DNA of 64,000 nucleotides from Betaproteobacteria bacterium (GCA_016868035.1 VGID01000001.1:198509-262508), one strand, 5' to 3'. Positions 1 to 9,995 are shown, numbered from the stretch's first letter. Made by a program: numbers and translations. The notes: generated by a model not told the origin, from the sequence alone.

Positions 1-135
1 CACGTGGCGCGCCGGGTGCACGGGGCATTGCGCTGCGCCGGTGCGGATTCAACCGCTGATGCCCGTTTCGCGAATCACGCAGAGGGCCGGTGCGACGCGC
101 GACGCCGGCAATCGGGCGGGCGAGCCGGCACCGCG

Positions 136-699
136 CTAGCCGCGTTTTTTGCGCTTTTCGAGGAATTGCTTGCGGAACTTGGCGAGTTTCGGCGCCACGA
201 CGAACCGGCAATACGGCTGACCGGAGTTGCGCCGGAAATATTCCTGATGATAGCCCTCGGCCGGGTAGTAAGCGGTGGCAGCGGCCACTTCGGTGACGAT
301 CGGATCGCTCCACACCTTGTCGGCGGCGAGCTTGGCGATCATCTTCTCCGCGGCCGCTTTCTGTTGCGGCGAGTGATAGAAGATCGCCGAGCGGTACTGG
401 GTCCCGACATCGCTGCCCTGGAAATTGAGCGTGGTCGGGTCGTGGATCGCGAAGAACACCTGCAGCAGCTCCTCGTAAGAAACCACGGCCGGATCGAAGA
501 CGATGCGCACGACTTCGGCATGCCCGGTTTCGCCCGTGCATACTGCGTGGTAGGTGGGATTCGGCGCTTGCCCGCCCATATAGCCCGATTCCACTGCTTC
601 GACGCCTTTCATCTCGTCGAACACGGCTTCCAGGCACCAGAAGCATCCGCCCGCGAGCGTGGCGGTCTCGTTGCCCGCGGGGGCCCCGGCTTGACTCAT
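136..699 (-). CDS. msrA: peptide-methionine (S)-S-oxide reductase MsrA, cytoplasmic paralog (187 aa)
   Basis: C-terminal 187 aa of ORF 136..1242. It has the GGCFWC active-site motif and MsrA-like sequence end to end. Start set at the internal ATG (MSQAGAP) by aa counting. Confidence 0.92.
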   Translation of the reverse strand: MSQAGAPAGNETATLAGGCFWCLEAVFDEMKGVEAVESGYMGGQAPNPTYHAVCTGETGHAEVVRIVFDPAVVSYEELLQVFFAIHDPTTLNFQGSDVGTQYRSAIFYHSPQQKAAAEKMIAKLAADKVWSDPIVTEVAAATAYYPAEGYHQEYFRRNSGQPYCRFVVAPKLAKFRKQFLEKRKKRG

Positions 700-781
700 G
701 CGCGCACTCCTCCGATCGATACAGAGTCTAGCGGAACTACGGCGCGGGCACGATGTGCGGCCGTGCGCGGACCCATCCGCC

Positions 782-1645
782 TCATGCCTGCAGGCCCCTG
801 CCGATGCCGCCCGCGGGAACCGCGCGTGCTGCCGATGTCGTCGCGCGCACGGCTTCGGTCTGCACGTGCGCGAGCGCGGCGGAGCCAGGCAGGGGCTGCG
901 CCCAAGGGCGGAACAGCAGGCGCTGAATGGGCCCGAGCCCGGCGTGGCGGGATATGACCATGCCCATGCGCGAGAGAAACTCGCCGTAGCGCAGTGCGAC
1001 AAAGGCCTTCTGTCCGTTCCAATGCCGGTCCGCCACGTGAAACGCAAGGGCCACTTCACGGTCGCGGGCCGTGCGGGAAAACTGGAGCAGCATGCGCCAG
1101 GCCGTACCGAATCCGACGCGCTCGCGCCGCGGGCAGCAATCGAACATGTGGCGAAAATGCTCGAAGTACCGGACGTGGTCCCGGGCCGCGCAGTGCGCGA
1201 GCTCGCGCAGCATCGCTTCGTCAGCGCAGCGGGCAAGCGCACGATAGAAAACCGAGATCTGCGCTTCGGTCACGCAGCACCACAGGAGCTCCATCGCGGC
1301 GCTGCGCCGCCACGCCTCGCGGCCGTAGCGCAGCTCATACGCTTCGTGGAACTCGCCGTAGGCGCCGTCCCAGTCGAACTCCGGCCAGGTGGCGGCAACG
1401 TAGGCGCGCAACGCCCGGCTGTGCCGGGCGCGCTCCGGGCACCAGACCTGATCGAGCCATGGGCCAAGCGCATGCGGGCCGCGGAGCGCCTGTGCCAGGT
1501 GTCCGGCGTGCAGCGGCACCGCCGCCTCGAGCAGCGAGGCCGCCGCGATGCCGTAGAACATCAACCCGTTGAAGCGCACCATGGCGCGGCAGCGCGCGTG
1601 GTGTTGCTGCTCGTGGCGACTGCTGTTGGCTGCTGCGGCTGGCAT
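782..1645 (-). CDS. ferritin-like (diiron-type helical bundle) protein, function unknown (287 aa)
   Basis: Part of ORF 782..1879. Start placed at ATG (MPAAAAN) just downstream of a GGAGG Shine-Dalgarno. E/H-rich helices (EFHEAYELRY, VRYFEHFRHMF) suggest a ferritin-like fold; assignment by recall only. Confidence 0.55.
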   Translation of the reverse strand: MPAAAANSSRHEQQHHARCRAMVRFNGLMFYGIAAASLLEAAVPLHAGHLAQALRGPHALGPWLDQVWCPERARHSRALRAYVAATWPEFDWDGAYGEFHEAYELRYGREAWRRSAAMELLWCCVTEAQISVFYRALARCADEAMLRELAHCAARDHVRYFEHFRHMFDCCPRRERVGFGTAWRMLLQFSRTARDREVALAFHVADRHWNGQKAFVALRYGEFLSRMGMVISRHAGLGPIQRLLFRPWAQPLPGSAALAHVQTEAVRATTSAARAVPAGGIGRGLQA

Positions 1646-1817
1646 GGCTGGCCTCCTTCCGTCTCGATGATCTTGCCCCCTGCATCCGCACGCCGGTGCG
1701 TGCGAGGCGGGGACATCTTCGGCGCGGCCTCGGCCGCAGCCAAGAAAAATCCGGAAAGTTGCCGCCGCGTTGCCTGCGGGTATCATTAGCGGATACCTTA
1801 CGGGGAGGGCCGCGGCC

Positions 1818-2591
1818 GTGGCACGCAGCGATGCACTGGTGGACGTGCTCAAGCGGGAACTGCGTTCGCGCGGCATCACCTACGCCCAGGTGGCGCACAG
1901 GCTCGGCTTGAGCGAGGCGAGCATCAAGCGGATGTTCTCGCGCAAGCAGTTCACGCTGAAGCGCATCGACCAGGTCTGCCAGCTCACCAACACCGAGTTC
2001 TCCGATCTTGCGCGAGCGCTGCATCGCGAGGAGAACCTTCTCTCCCGGCTCACTCTCGAGCAGGAAACGGAGATCGTCTCCGACCGGAAGCTGTTTCTGG
2101 TCGCGGTATGCGCGCTCAATCAAGTGAATCTCGAGCAGATCGTGGCGACTTACGACCTCGCACGCGCGGAATGCATCCAGCTGCTCGCCCGGCTTGATCG
2201 CCTGGGGTTCATCGAACTTCAGCCCGGCAACCGGATCAAACTACTGGTGTCGCACAGCTTCTCGTGGCTGCCGGACGGTCCGATACAGCGTTTCTTCAGG
2301 GAGCAGGCGCATCACGAATACTTCCGCTCGCGCTTCGACCGGCCCGCCGAGTTCATGGTGGTCGTGAACGGCATGCTGTCGAGAGCCTCCAGCGCCGCGC
2401 TCGTTTCCAGGCTCAAGCGCGTGGCGCGCGAGTTCTCGGAGATGCAGAATGAGGATATGCGCCTGCCGCTTGCCGAGCGCTCGGCGATGAGCTTGCTGGT
2501 GGCGATCCGGCACTGGGAGCTGCAGGCGTTCGCCGAGCTGCGGCGCGACAAGGCCCCGGCAGCGCGAACGGTGCGCCCGGGCCGGATGTAA
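1818..2591 (+). CDS. XRE-family helix-turn-helix transcriptional regulator
   Basis: ORF 1770..2591. The N-terminal HTH (ITYAQVAHRLGLSEASIKRMFS) is typical of the XRE family. GTG at 1818 is preferred (GGGGAGGG SD about 9 nt upstream). Divergent from the ferritin-like gene. Confidence 0.75.
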   Translation: MARSDALVDVLKRELRSRGITYAQVAHRLGLSEASIKRMFSRKQFTLKRIDQVCQLTNTEFSDLARALHREENLLSRLTLEQETEIVSDRKLFLVAVCALNQVNLEQIVATYDLARAECIQLLARLDRLGFIELQPGNRIKLLVSHSFSWLPDGPIQRFFREQAHHEYFRSRFDRPAEFMVVVNGMLSRASSAALVSRLKRVAREFSEMQNEDMRLPLAERSAMSLLVAIRHWELQAFAELRRDKAPAARTVRPGRM

Positions 2592-2650
2592 GGGCGCGAC
2601 GCGGGCGGCGACTCACGTCCGGTCATTGCTAACGGAAATCTCGGAACGGG

Positions 2651-3286
2651 GTGAATGTTATGAAAGCTCTTCACGGTTTGATTCTGTTGCTGGCGAGCGC
2701 GCTGGTCGTGCCCGCTGCGGCGCAAGCGCCGGCGCAGAAGCCGCCTGCGAAAACCAAGACCGCGCAAGCCGTATTTGCCGGCGGCTGCTTCTGGTGCATG
2801 GAGGAAGCCTACGACAAGGTGCCCGGCGTCATTTCCGTGGTATCCGGCTACAGCGGCGGACATGTGAAGAGCCCGACTTACGAGCAGGTGATCACCGGTC
2901 GCACGGGGCACGCCGAGGTGGTGCTCGTCGAATACGACCCGGCAAAGGTGAGCTACCAGAAGTTGCTCGATGTGTTCTGGCGCAACATCGATCCGACCCA
3001 GGGAAACGGGCAGTTTTGCGACTTCGGTTCGCAGTACCGCAGCGCGATCTTCTACCAGGACGAGGAGCAGAAACGGCTGGCCGAGGCCTCGAAGAAAGCC
3101 CTCGAGAAGTCACGCCCGTTCAAGGGAGACATCGTGACCGAGGTCAGCCAGGCCGCGGAGTTCTTCCGCGCCGAGGACTACCATCAGCGCTACTACATCA
3201 CGAACCCGCTCAGCTACTATTTCTACAAGGCCGGATGCGGGCGCGAAGCGCGGCTGCAGCAGCTGTGGGGCCCGCCGCGCAAATAG
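2651..3286 (+). CDS. msrA: peptide-methionine (S)-S-oxide reductase MsrA, exported paralog with signal peptide (211 aa)
   Basis: N-terminal hydrophobic signal (LILLLASALVVPAAAQA) followed by the GGCFWC motif and a full MsrA domain. Confidence 0.9.
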   Translation: MNVMKALHGLILLLASALVVPAAAQAPAQKPPAKTKTAQAVFAGGCFWCMEEAYDKVPGVISVVSGYSGGHVKSPTYEQVITGRTGHAEVVLVEYDPAKVSYQKLLDVFWRNIDPTQGNGQFCDFGSQYRSAIFYQDEEQKRLAEASKKALEKSRPFKGDIVTEVSQAAEFFRAEDYHQRYYITNPLSYYFYKAGCGREARLQQLWGPPRK

Positions 3287-3509
3287 CGCCGGCAACCTAG
3301 TATCTTCGTGCCGCCAGAGCCGCAACGCGCGACACGTCTCCGCATTCAACACCGCCTGTCGCCACTTGGCGACAGATACCGATCGCCTCCTGTCTCCCAT
3401 CGGAGACAGTCGCAGAAATTTTCGCTTTTCTAGGAACTCGAATTTTCCTGCGCAGTCGAACGCCGCGTTGCCGTACGTGGCAAGACACTTTTTTGAAAAG
3501 GAGACTCGC

Positions 3510-3761
3510 ATGATTCAGAAATTGTTGCTGGCGCTGTGCGGCGGTGCGCTCGCCGCATCCATGACCACCGTCTACGCCGACGAAGACAAGAAGCCGGAAA
3601 AGCCGCAAGCGCAGCTGATCCTGGCTGAGGAAGACAAGCAGCCCGAGAAGCCGCAAACGCAGCTGATCCTGGCTGAGGAAGACAAGCAGCCCGAGAAGCC
3701 GCAGGCGCAGCTGATCCTCGCAGAAGAGGACAAGCAGCCTGCGCAACCGCAACTCGCCTGA
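3510..3761 (+). CDS. small secreted protein made of 16-aa tandem repeats (83 aa)
   Basis: ATG 7 nt after an AAAGGAG SD. Signal peptide MIQKLLLALCGGALAASMTTVYA, then about 3.7 copies of EDK(K/Q)PEKPQAQLILAE. Confidence 0.6.
   Translation: MIQKLLLALCGGALAASMTTVYADEDKKPEKPQAQLILAEEDKQPEKPQTQLILAEEDKQPEKPQAQLILAEEDKQPAQPQLA
3582..3758 (+). repeat. 48-nt tandem repeat, about 3.7 copies, in-frame within the small secreted protein gene
   Basis: Units start at 3582, 3630, 3678 and 3726 (partial), with only a few substitutions between copies. Confidence 0.9.
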
Positions 3762-3979
3762 TCCGCTGCGAACGGGCACCGCAGCACCTGGCGTAGCGAA
3801 CCCGGGCGCGCCCGACCCGAGCGTGGGCGCGTCCGGTTTTCCTTGCAATGGCGCCACCGCCGTTTCGCGGCGGCAAATGGCGCGCGCCCTCGGGGTTGAC
3901 CGGGCCGGCAGCCCCATACTAATCTCGGCTCCGGTCCATCGCGGCCGCCACAGCGGCGGCAAAGAACGAACCCGGCGTC

Positions 3980-4252
3980 GTGAGCCTCTATCACGTACAA
4001 AAGCTGCTGTTCCACCTGAACAACGTGCCGTCCGTGCGCCGGCGATTCGATGCCGAGCGCGAAGCGTTGCTCGCCGAATACAGGCTGAGTGACGAGGAGC
4101 GGCGCGCGGTCACGCACGCCGATGTCGGCAAGCTCCATCTGATGGGTGTGCACCCGCTCCTGCTCGCGCCATTCGCGGGCCGCGTGGGGCTGCGCTGGCC
4201 CGATTATCTCGCGGCACTCCGGCGCGCGCGCGAAGCAGCGGGCGGGGGCTGA
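3980..4252 (+). CDS. LigA-like small subunit of a class III extradiol ring-cleavage dioxygenase
   Basis: 90-aa ORF (GTG start) directly upstream of a LigB-type gene (stop 4252, next start 4255). Sequence resembles the LigA domain by recall. Confidence 0.6.
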   Translation: MSLYHVQKLLFHLNNVPSVRRRFDAEREALLAEYRLSDEERRAVTHADVGKLHLMGVHPLLLAPFAGRVGLRWPDYLAALRRAREAAGGG

Positions 4253-4254
4253 CG

Positions 4255-5076
4255 ATGCCGCTCGTATTCGCGGGCACCGCCAACCACGCTCCGGGCATTA
4301 CCTCGCGCCGCGAAGCCGCCACGCCCGCGCAACGCGAAGTGTTCTTCAGCGCCTACGCGGAACTGCGAGCACGGCTGGAGCGGGCGCGGCTCGATGCGCT
4401 GGTGGTCGTGAGCTCAGAGCATTTCACCAATTTCTTCTTCGACAATGCACCCGCCTTCTGCATCGGGCTTGCCGAGGCCTACGACGGCCCGAGCGAGGAC
4501 GAGAGCTTTCTCAGGATTGCGAAAACAACGGTGCCCGGCGCCGCCGATCTGGCGCGGCACCTCGCGCGCGCGGCGAGCGCGGAAATCGATCTCGCGCATT
4601 CCCAGGAACTGCTGCTGGACCACGGCATCATGGTGCCGCTGCATCTGCTCGTCCCGCAGATGCGCCTGCCGATCGTGCCGATCATCGTCAATTGCCTGAT
4701 GCCGCCGCTGCCCCCGCTCGCGCGCTGCTACGACCTGGGGTGCGCGCTGCGGCGCGCGATGGATGCGCGCGAGGAGCGCATCGGGCTGCTTGCCGCGGGC
4801 GGGCTTTCACACTGGCCCGGTACGCCGGAGTCGGGCCGGCTCAACCTGGAGTTCGACCGCGGATTCCTGCACGACTTTCTCGCGAACAACCGGCAGCGGC
4901 TCATCCGCCATTCGGACGAAGAGATTTCCACCAGCGCCGGGCCCGGCGGCCACGAGATCCGGGCTTGGATCGTCGCCTCCGGGGCGACCGAGGGGCTGAT
5001 CGGGGAGGCGCTGTGCTTCGAGCCGATCCCCGCCTACGCGGTCACGGGGTGCGTCGCCACCATCGCGGTGGTGTGA
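4255..5076 (+). CDS. class III extradiol dioxygenase, LigB-family catalytic subunit
   Basis: 273 aa. N-terminal AGTANHAPGI and conserved His/SEHF motifs are typical of protocatechuate 4,5-dioxygenase beta-like enzymes. Confidence 0.8.
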   Translation: MPLVFAGTANHAPGITSRREAATPAQREVFFSAYAELRARLERARLDALVVVSSEHFTNFFFDNAPAFCIGLAEAYDGPSEDESFLRIAKTTVPGAADLARHLARAASAEIDLAHSQELLLDHGIMVPLHLLVPQMRLPIVPIIVNCLMPPLPPLARCYDLGCALRRAMDAREERIGLLAAGGLSHWPGTPESGRLNLEFDRGFLHDFLANNRQRLIRHSDEEISTSAGPGGHEIRAWIVASGATEGLIGEALCFEPIPAYAVTGCVATIAVV

Positions 5077-5091
5077 GCCCGGCGCCCGTTC

Positions 5092-6075
5092 CTATTGCAG
5101 CGTGATGTTCGCGCCGCGCACGATCTTTTCCCATTTCGTGCGCTCGCTCTTGATGAACGCCGAAAACTCCTCTGGGGAATTCGGAGCAAGCCGCGCCCCG
5201 AGGTTGGTGAAGCGCTGCTGAAGTTCGGCATCCCCCAGCGCGCGAACGATCTCGCGATTGAGCCGCGCGACGACCGGGCGCGGTGTCTTCGCCGGCGCCA
5301 CCATGCCGAACCACGATGACGCCTCGAAGCCCTTCAGGCCGGCCTCGTCGAAAGTCGGCACCTCCGGCAGTTGCGGCAGGCGTTTCGGGCTCGCGACCGC
5401 GACGGCGCGCAGCGTGCCGACCCGGATGTGCGCCAGCACCGTGGGCGGGTTGTCCATCACGCCGTGAATCTGCCCGCCGATCACTGCCAGCGCCGCCTCC
5501 GCCGCGCTCTTGTACGGCACGTGCGTGAGCCTGACTCCGGCCGCGGCCTGCAGCATTTCCATGCCGAGATGGCCCGTCGTGCCATTGCCCGGGGAGCCGA
5601 AATTGAGCCGGCCCGCGTCCTTCTTCGCGAGCGCGATGAACTCGGGCACGGTGCGCGCAGGAACATTCGGGTTGAGCACCATCAGCATGTGCATTTCCGC
5701 GACGAGTGAAATCGGAGTAAACGCCGTCACCGGGTCGAACGGCATCTTCGCGTACAGGAACTGGTTGATGGTGAGTATTCCGGCCGAGGTCATCAGCAGC
5801 GTGTGGCCATCGGGCTCCGCCTTGGCGGCAAGATCGGCGCCGACGTTGCCGCCCGCTCCGGGACGGTTGTCCACCACGATCGGCTGCCCGAGCGCGGGGC
5901 GCAGCTTCTCGCCCAGCGCGCGCGAGAGCACGTCTACGAGCCCGCCGGGGGCGAATGGCGCCACGACGCGGATCGGCCGCGCAGCGGGGTACTGCTGTTG
6001 TGCGACGACGTCGGCCGTGGTTACCGCCCACAGCAACGCCACCATGCAAACGCGAACGGCCGGATTTCGCTTCAT
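5092..6075 (-). CDS. Bug-family tripartite tricarboxylate transporter substrate-binding protein (TctC-like)
   Basis: 327 aa with a signal peptide. Motifs PFAPGG, DNRPGAGG and PYKS are characteristic of the Bug family. Confidence 0.9.
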   Translation of the reverse strand: MKRNPAVRVCMVALLWAVTTADVVAQQQYPAARPIRVVAPFAPGGLVDVLSRALGEKLRPALGQPIVVDNRPGAGGNVGADLAAKAEPDGHTLLMTSAGILTINQFLYAKMPFDPVTAFTPISLVAEMHMLMVLNPNVPARTVPEFIALAKKDAGRLNFGSPGNGTTGHLGMEMLQAAAGVRLTHVPYKSAAEAALAVIGGQIHGVMDNPPTVLAHIRVGTLRAVAVASPKRLPQLPEVPTFDEAGLKGFEASSWFGMVAPAKTPRPVVARLNREIVRALGDAELQQRFTNLGARLAPNSPEEFSAFIKSERTKWEKIVRGANITLQ

Positions 6076-6165
6076 CTTGTCCTCCCTGGTATGGTCTCCG
6101 TTGCGCCGCTTGGTGCCACCGCCGGCGGACCATGCGCCCGCCGACGCCCGCGGCGGCGCGGCAGA

Positions 6166-7365
6166 TCAGCCTATGATCACGCGCGCGAACTTGCGCTTGC
6201 CCACCTGTACCACGCAACGCTCTCCGCGAGCGAGCACGAGAGACTTGTCGCTCACTTTTTCACCGTTGATTCTCACACCGCCCTGCTCGATCATGCGCAA
6301 TGCCTCCGACGTGCTCGCGGTGAGGCCCGCCAGCTTCAGCACCTGCGGGATCGCGAGTCCGTCTCCTTCCGGTTTGAGGCGCACCTCGCGGATGTCCGCG
6401 GGGATCTCGTCATGCTTGAACCGCGCCTCGAAGTCGGCGGCAGCAGTCTCTGCCGCCGGGGCACCGTGAAATCGCGTGACGATTTCCTTGGAGAATGCGA
6501 CTTTGATCTCACGCGGGTTACGGCCCCCTTCCACCTCTTTCTTCCATTTCGCCACGGCCGCAAGCGGCTCGAACGAGAGCAGGTCGACATAGCGCCACAT
6601 CAGATCGTCCGAAACCGACATCAGCTTGCCGAAGATCTCATTCGGCGGCTCGTTGATGCCGACGTAATTTCCGAGCGACTTCGACATCTTGTTCACCCCG
6701 TCGAGGCCCTCCAGCAGCGGCATGGTGAGGATGCACTGCGGCGGCTGCCCGTATTCCTTCTGCACCTCGCGGCCCATCAGCAGATTGAATTTCTGGTCGG
6801 TCCCGCCGAGCTCGAGATCTGCCTTCAACGCGACCGAATCGTAGCCCTGCACCAGCGGGTAGAGGAATTCGTGGATCGCGATCGGCTGGTTGCCCCGGTA
6901 GCGCTTCGAGAAATCCTCGCGCTCGAGCATTCGCGCGACGGTGTGCCTGGCGGCGAGCCGGATCATGTCGGCCGCATTCATGCGGTCCATCCAAGCAGAG
7001 TTGAACACGACCTCGGTGCGCGCCGTATCGAGGATCCGGTACACCTGCTCGGTATAGGTCTTCGCGTTGCGCTCGACCTCCTCGCGTGAGAGCGGCGGGC
7101 GCGTCGCGCTCTTGCCCGAGGGATCGCCGATCATGCCGGTGAAATCCCCGATCAGGAACAGCACGTGGTGGCCGAGGTCCTGGAGCTGCCGCAGCTTGCC
7201 GAGCAGCACGGCGTGCCCGAGGTGAAGGTCGGGTGCGGTCGGATCGAAACCGGCCTTCACCCGCAGCGGCCGGCCCGCTTTCAGTTTCTCTCGCAACTCG
7301 GCTTCGACCAGCAGTTCCTGCGCGCCGCGCTGGATGATCTCGAGTTGTTGCTCGACGCTCGCCAT
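6166..7365 (-). CDS. tyrS: tyrosine--tRNA ligase
   Basis: 399 aa with a HIGH-like HLGH motif, KMSKS, and a C-terminal S4-like domain. Confidence 0.97.
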   Translation of the reverse strand: MASVEQQLEIIQRGAQELLVEAELREKLKAGRPLRVKAGFDPTAPDLHLGHAVLLGKLRQLQDLGHHVLFLIGDFTGMIGDPSGKSATRPPLSREEVERNAKTYTEQVYRILDTARTEVVFNSAWMDRMNAADMIRLAARHTVARMLEREDFSKRYRGNQPIAIHEFLYPLVQGYDSVALKADLELGGTDQKFNLLMGREVQKEYGQPPQCILTMPLLEGLDGVNKMSKSLGNYVGINEPPNEIFGKLMSVSDDLMWRYVDLLSFEPLAAVAKWKKEVEGGRNPREIKVAFSKEIVTRFHGAPAAETAAADFEARFKHDEIPADIREVRLKPEGDGLAIPQVLKLAGLTASTSEALRMIEQGGVRINGEKVSDKSLVLARGERCVVQVGKRKFARVIIG

Positions 7366-7472
7366 TTCGTTGCGCCTACCGGCTGTGCGTTATTTCACGA
7401 TGCGAAAATTCGGGTTTTCCGCCCGATGCAATTCTGCTAAGCTTCTCGATCCTGGAAAAATTTAGGGAAATC

Positions 7473-8789
7473 ATGCATCAAGAGGAGAGCATGATTCTAA
7501 CGCAAAAGCTCGCGCGTCTCATCGGAGGTTCCGTACCGCGGCGGCTGATCGCGCTGGTCGTCCTGCCGTTCCTCGGCGTGGTGGCCGCCTTTGGCATCGC
7601 CCCGGGCACGATCACCGAGCCGGTGTCCCGGACACAGGTGGTGGAGGACATCCCGCTCCCGGCGCTTGCGCCGAGCGTGGAAACGGACGCCGGATACTGG
7701 CGCGAGGAGCGCATACAGCGCGGGGACACGCTGGGCGCGCTGCTGGCGCGGCTGGGTGCCGCCGACCCCGAAGCGCTCCAGTTCCTGCGCGGCACGCGCG
7801 CGGCGCGGGGGATGCACCAGCTCATTCCCGGCAGGACCGTCCGCGCCCGCGTCACGGCCGACGGCAAGCTCCTTGCGCTGCGCTACCAGAACGCGGGCAA
7901 CGTGCTTACCCTTGAGCGGCAGGGCGATGCCTTCGTCGTGGGCGAAAACCCGGTGATGCTCGAGCGGCGAATACTGATGAAGTCGGGCGAGATCCGCAGC
8001 TCGCTCTTCGCCGCCACCGATGCCGCCAACCTTTCCGACGCGGTCGCAATCCAGATCGCCGACATCTTCTCCACCGACATCGACTTTCACCGGGACCTGC
8101 GCCGCGGCGACAGCTTCACCGTGGCCTACGAGGTGCTCTACGACCACGGCGAGCCGGTGCGCTCCGGGCGCGTGCTCGCGGCCGAGTTCGTGAATCAGGG
8201 CAAGGCCTACCAGGCGGTCTATTTCGATTACGCCCAGGGACAAGGCGGATATTACACGCCGGAAGGGAAGAACATTCGCAAGGCTTTCCTGCGCTCCCCC
8301 CTCGAGTTCTCGCGCGTGACTTCCGGCTTCACCAACGCGCGCTTTCACCCGATCCTCCAGCAATGGCGCGCCCACAAGGGCATAGACTACGCCGCACCCA
8401 CCGGCACCCGCGTCAAGGCGACCGGCGACGGCGTGGTCGAGATCGCGGGCCGGCAGGGAGCCTACGGCAACCTGGTGGTGCTGCGCCACCAGTCGAAGTA
8501 CACCACCTGGTATGGCCACCTCTCGGGCTTCGCCAAGGGCATCCGCAAGGGCGCGCGGGTCGCACAGGGTGACGTCATCGGCTACGTCGGCGCCACGGGA
8601 CTTGCAACGGGACCGCACCTGCACTACGAATTCCGTATCAACGACCAGCATCAGAATCCCCTGCGCGTAGTGCTGCCATCCGCGCCGCCGATCACCGCCG
8701 AGCAGAGGCCCGCGTTCGAAGAGGCCGCCAGGCCGCTGGCGCGGCGCCTCGAGCTGCTCCGCGGCACCAATCTCGCACGGCTCGACTAA
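7473..8789 (+). CDS. M23-family peptidoglycan DD-metalloendopeptidase (MepM/YebA-like)
   Basis: 438 aa with an N-terminal membrane anchor and an OapA/LysM-like segment. M23 motifs HKGIDYAAPTGT and HLHYE are present. An alternative start at 7491 is possible. Confidence 0.9.
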   Translation: MHQEESMILTQKLARLIGGSVPRRLIALVVLPFLGVVAAFGIAPGTITEPVSRTQVVEDIPLPALAPSVETDAGYWREERIQRGDTLGALLARLGAADPEALQFLRGTRAARGMHQLIPGRTVRARVTADGKLLALRYQNAGNVLTLERQGDAFVVGENPVMLERRILMKSGEIRSSLFAATDAANLSDAVAIQIADIFSTDIDFHRDLRRGDSFTVAYEVLYDHGEPVRSGRVLAAEFVNQGKAYQAVYFDYAQGQGGYYTPEGKNIRKAFLRSPLEFSRVTSGFTNARFHPILQQWRAHKGIDYAAPTGTRVKATGDGVVEIAGRQGAYGNLVVLRHQSKYTTWYGHLSGFAKGIRKGARVAQGDVIGYVGATGLATGPHLHYEFRINDQHQNPLRVVLPSAPPITAEQRPAFEEAARPLARRLELLRGTNLARLD

Positions 8790-8792
8790 AAA

Positions 8793-8877
8793 CAGTAAGC
8801 AGTAAACGGTGAGCGGTGCGCGGTAAAACACACCCTCGCAGCTTCCCGCCGCTGACCGCTCCACGCTTACCGCTTAC
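8793..8877. repeat. heptad-periodic inverted-arm element A (5 x CAGTAAG/CGGTGAG, core, 4 x CGCTTAC-type)
   Basis: Tandem 7-nt units start 4 nt after the M23 stop codon; the reverse-complement heptads end 10 nt before the anmK ATG. Confidence 0.85.
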
Positions 8878-8886
8878 ATCATTCCG

Positions 8887-9978
8887 ATGGCAGACTTCTA
8901 CATCGGAATAATGTCGGGCACCAGCCTCGACGGCGTGGACGCGGTTCTCGCGACACCGCGCGGCGGGCAGTTCCGCCTCGTCTCCAGCGTGCACCGGCCG
9001 TACCCCGCAAAGCTGCGCTCACGCCTGCTCGCGCTGCAAGAAACCGGCCACGACGAGCTGCACGAGGCGGCACTCGTCTCCAATGAGTTGTCCGTCGCAT
9101 ACGCCGACGCTGTGCGCCGGCTGCTCGCGCGCGCGCGCGCCTCCGCGCGCGCCGTTGCCGCGATCGGCTGCCACGGGCAGACTGTGCGGCACCGACCCAA
9201 GGCCGGATACACCCTGCAGCTCGCGAACGGCGCGCTGCTCGCGGAGCTCTCCGGCATCCCGGTGGTCTGCGATTTCCGGAGCCGCGATGTCGCGGCGGGA
9301 GGAGAAGGCGCTCCGCTGGTGCCGGCTTTCCATCGCGCAGCGTTCCACAGCACGCGCCGCGCCCGTGCGATCGTGAACGTGGGCGGCATCAGCAACATTA
9401 CCTGGTTGCCCGCGCGCGGGCCGGTCATCGGATTCGACTGCGGTCCGGGCAACTGTCTGCTCGACGCGTGGATCCTGGAGCGGCGGCGCAAGCGGTTCGA
9501 TCGGGACGGCGCGTGGGCTGCGAGCGGTCGAGTCATTCCCCGGCTGCTGCGAAAGCTCATCGCGCATCCGTTCATCCGCCGCCGGCCGCCGAAGAGTACC
9601 GGTCGCGATGAGTTCAGCTTGCGGTGGCTCAAGCGCGTACTTTCAGGCAACGAGCACGCGGCGGATGTGCAGGCGACGCTGCTCGAGCTCACCGCCTCCA
9701 CCATCGCCCGCGCGCTGCTCGCGCATTGCGCGGGTGCACGCGACATCTATGTCTGCGGCGGTGGCGCGCGCAATCGCGCGCTGCTCGCGCGCCTCGCTGC
9801 GCTGCTGCCGGGTAAGCGGATCGCTACGACGGCCGCGCTCGCGGTCGCACCCGAGCACGTCGAGGCCCTCGCATTTGCCTGGCTTGCACGCCGCGCGCTA
9901 GGCGGCGAGCCCGGAAACCTGCCGCTGGTAACGGGCGCGAAGGGCCCGCGAGTGCTCGGCGCGATCTACCCGGCGTGA
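8887..9978 (+). CDS. anmK: anhydro-N-acetylmuramic acid kinase
   Basis: 363 aa. The N-terminal YIGIMSGTSLDGVD motif and overall AnmK similarity; synteny with M23 and erpA. Confidence 0.95.
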   Translation: MADFYIGIMSGTSLDGVDAVLATPRGGQFRLVSSVHRPYPAKLRSRLLALQETGHDELHEAALVSNELSVAYADAVRRLLARARASARAVAAIGCHGQTVRHRPKAGYTLQLANGALLAELSGIPVVCDFRSRDVAAGGEGAPLVPAFHRAAFHSTRRARAIVNVGGISNITWLPARGPVIGFDCGPGNCLLDAWILERRRKRFDRDGAWAASGRVIPRLLRKLIAHPFIRRRPPKSTGRDEFSLRWLKRVLSGNEHAADVQATLLELTASTIARALLAHCAGARDIYVCGGGARNRALLARLAALLPGKRIATTAALAVAPEHVEALAFAWLARRALGGEPGNLPLVTGAKGPRVLGAIYPA

Positions 9979-9995
9979 TGCGGAAAAAGCGGGGT

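Noticed and set aside
3356-3375. CTGT...ACAG hairpins as LexA (SOS) boxes.
   Set aside because: The spacing is CTGT-N12-ACAG rather than the CTGT-N8-ACAG of beta/gamma-proteobacterial SOS boxes, and no SOS gene is adjacent.
3473-3490. A sigma54-like TGGCA...TTTT motif upstream of the repeat-protein gene.
   Set aside because: The -12 element lacks the GC dinucleotide at the required spacing from the -24 GG.
3510-3581. A lipoprotein (lipobox) interpretation of the small repeat protein, based on LLALCGG.
   Set aside because: Position -1 to the Cys is Leu, which does not fit the [LVI][ASTVI][GAS]C consensus. An ordinary Sec signal cleaved after VYA is more likely.
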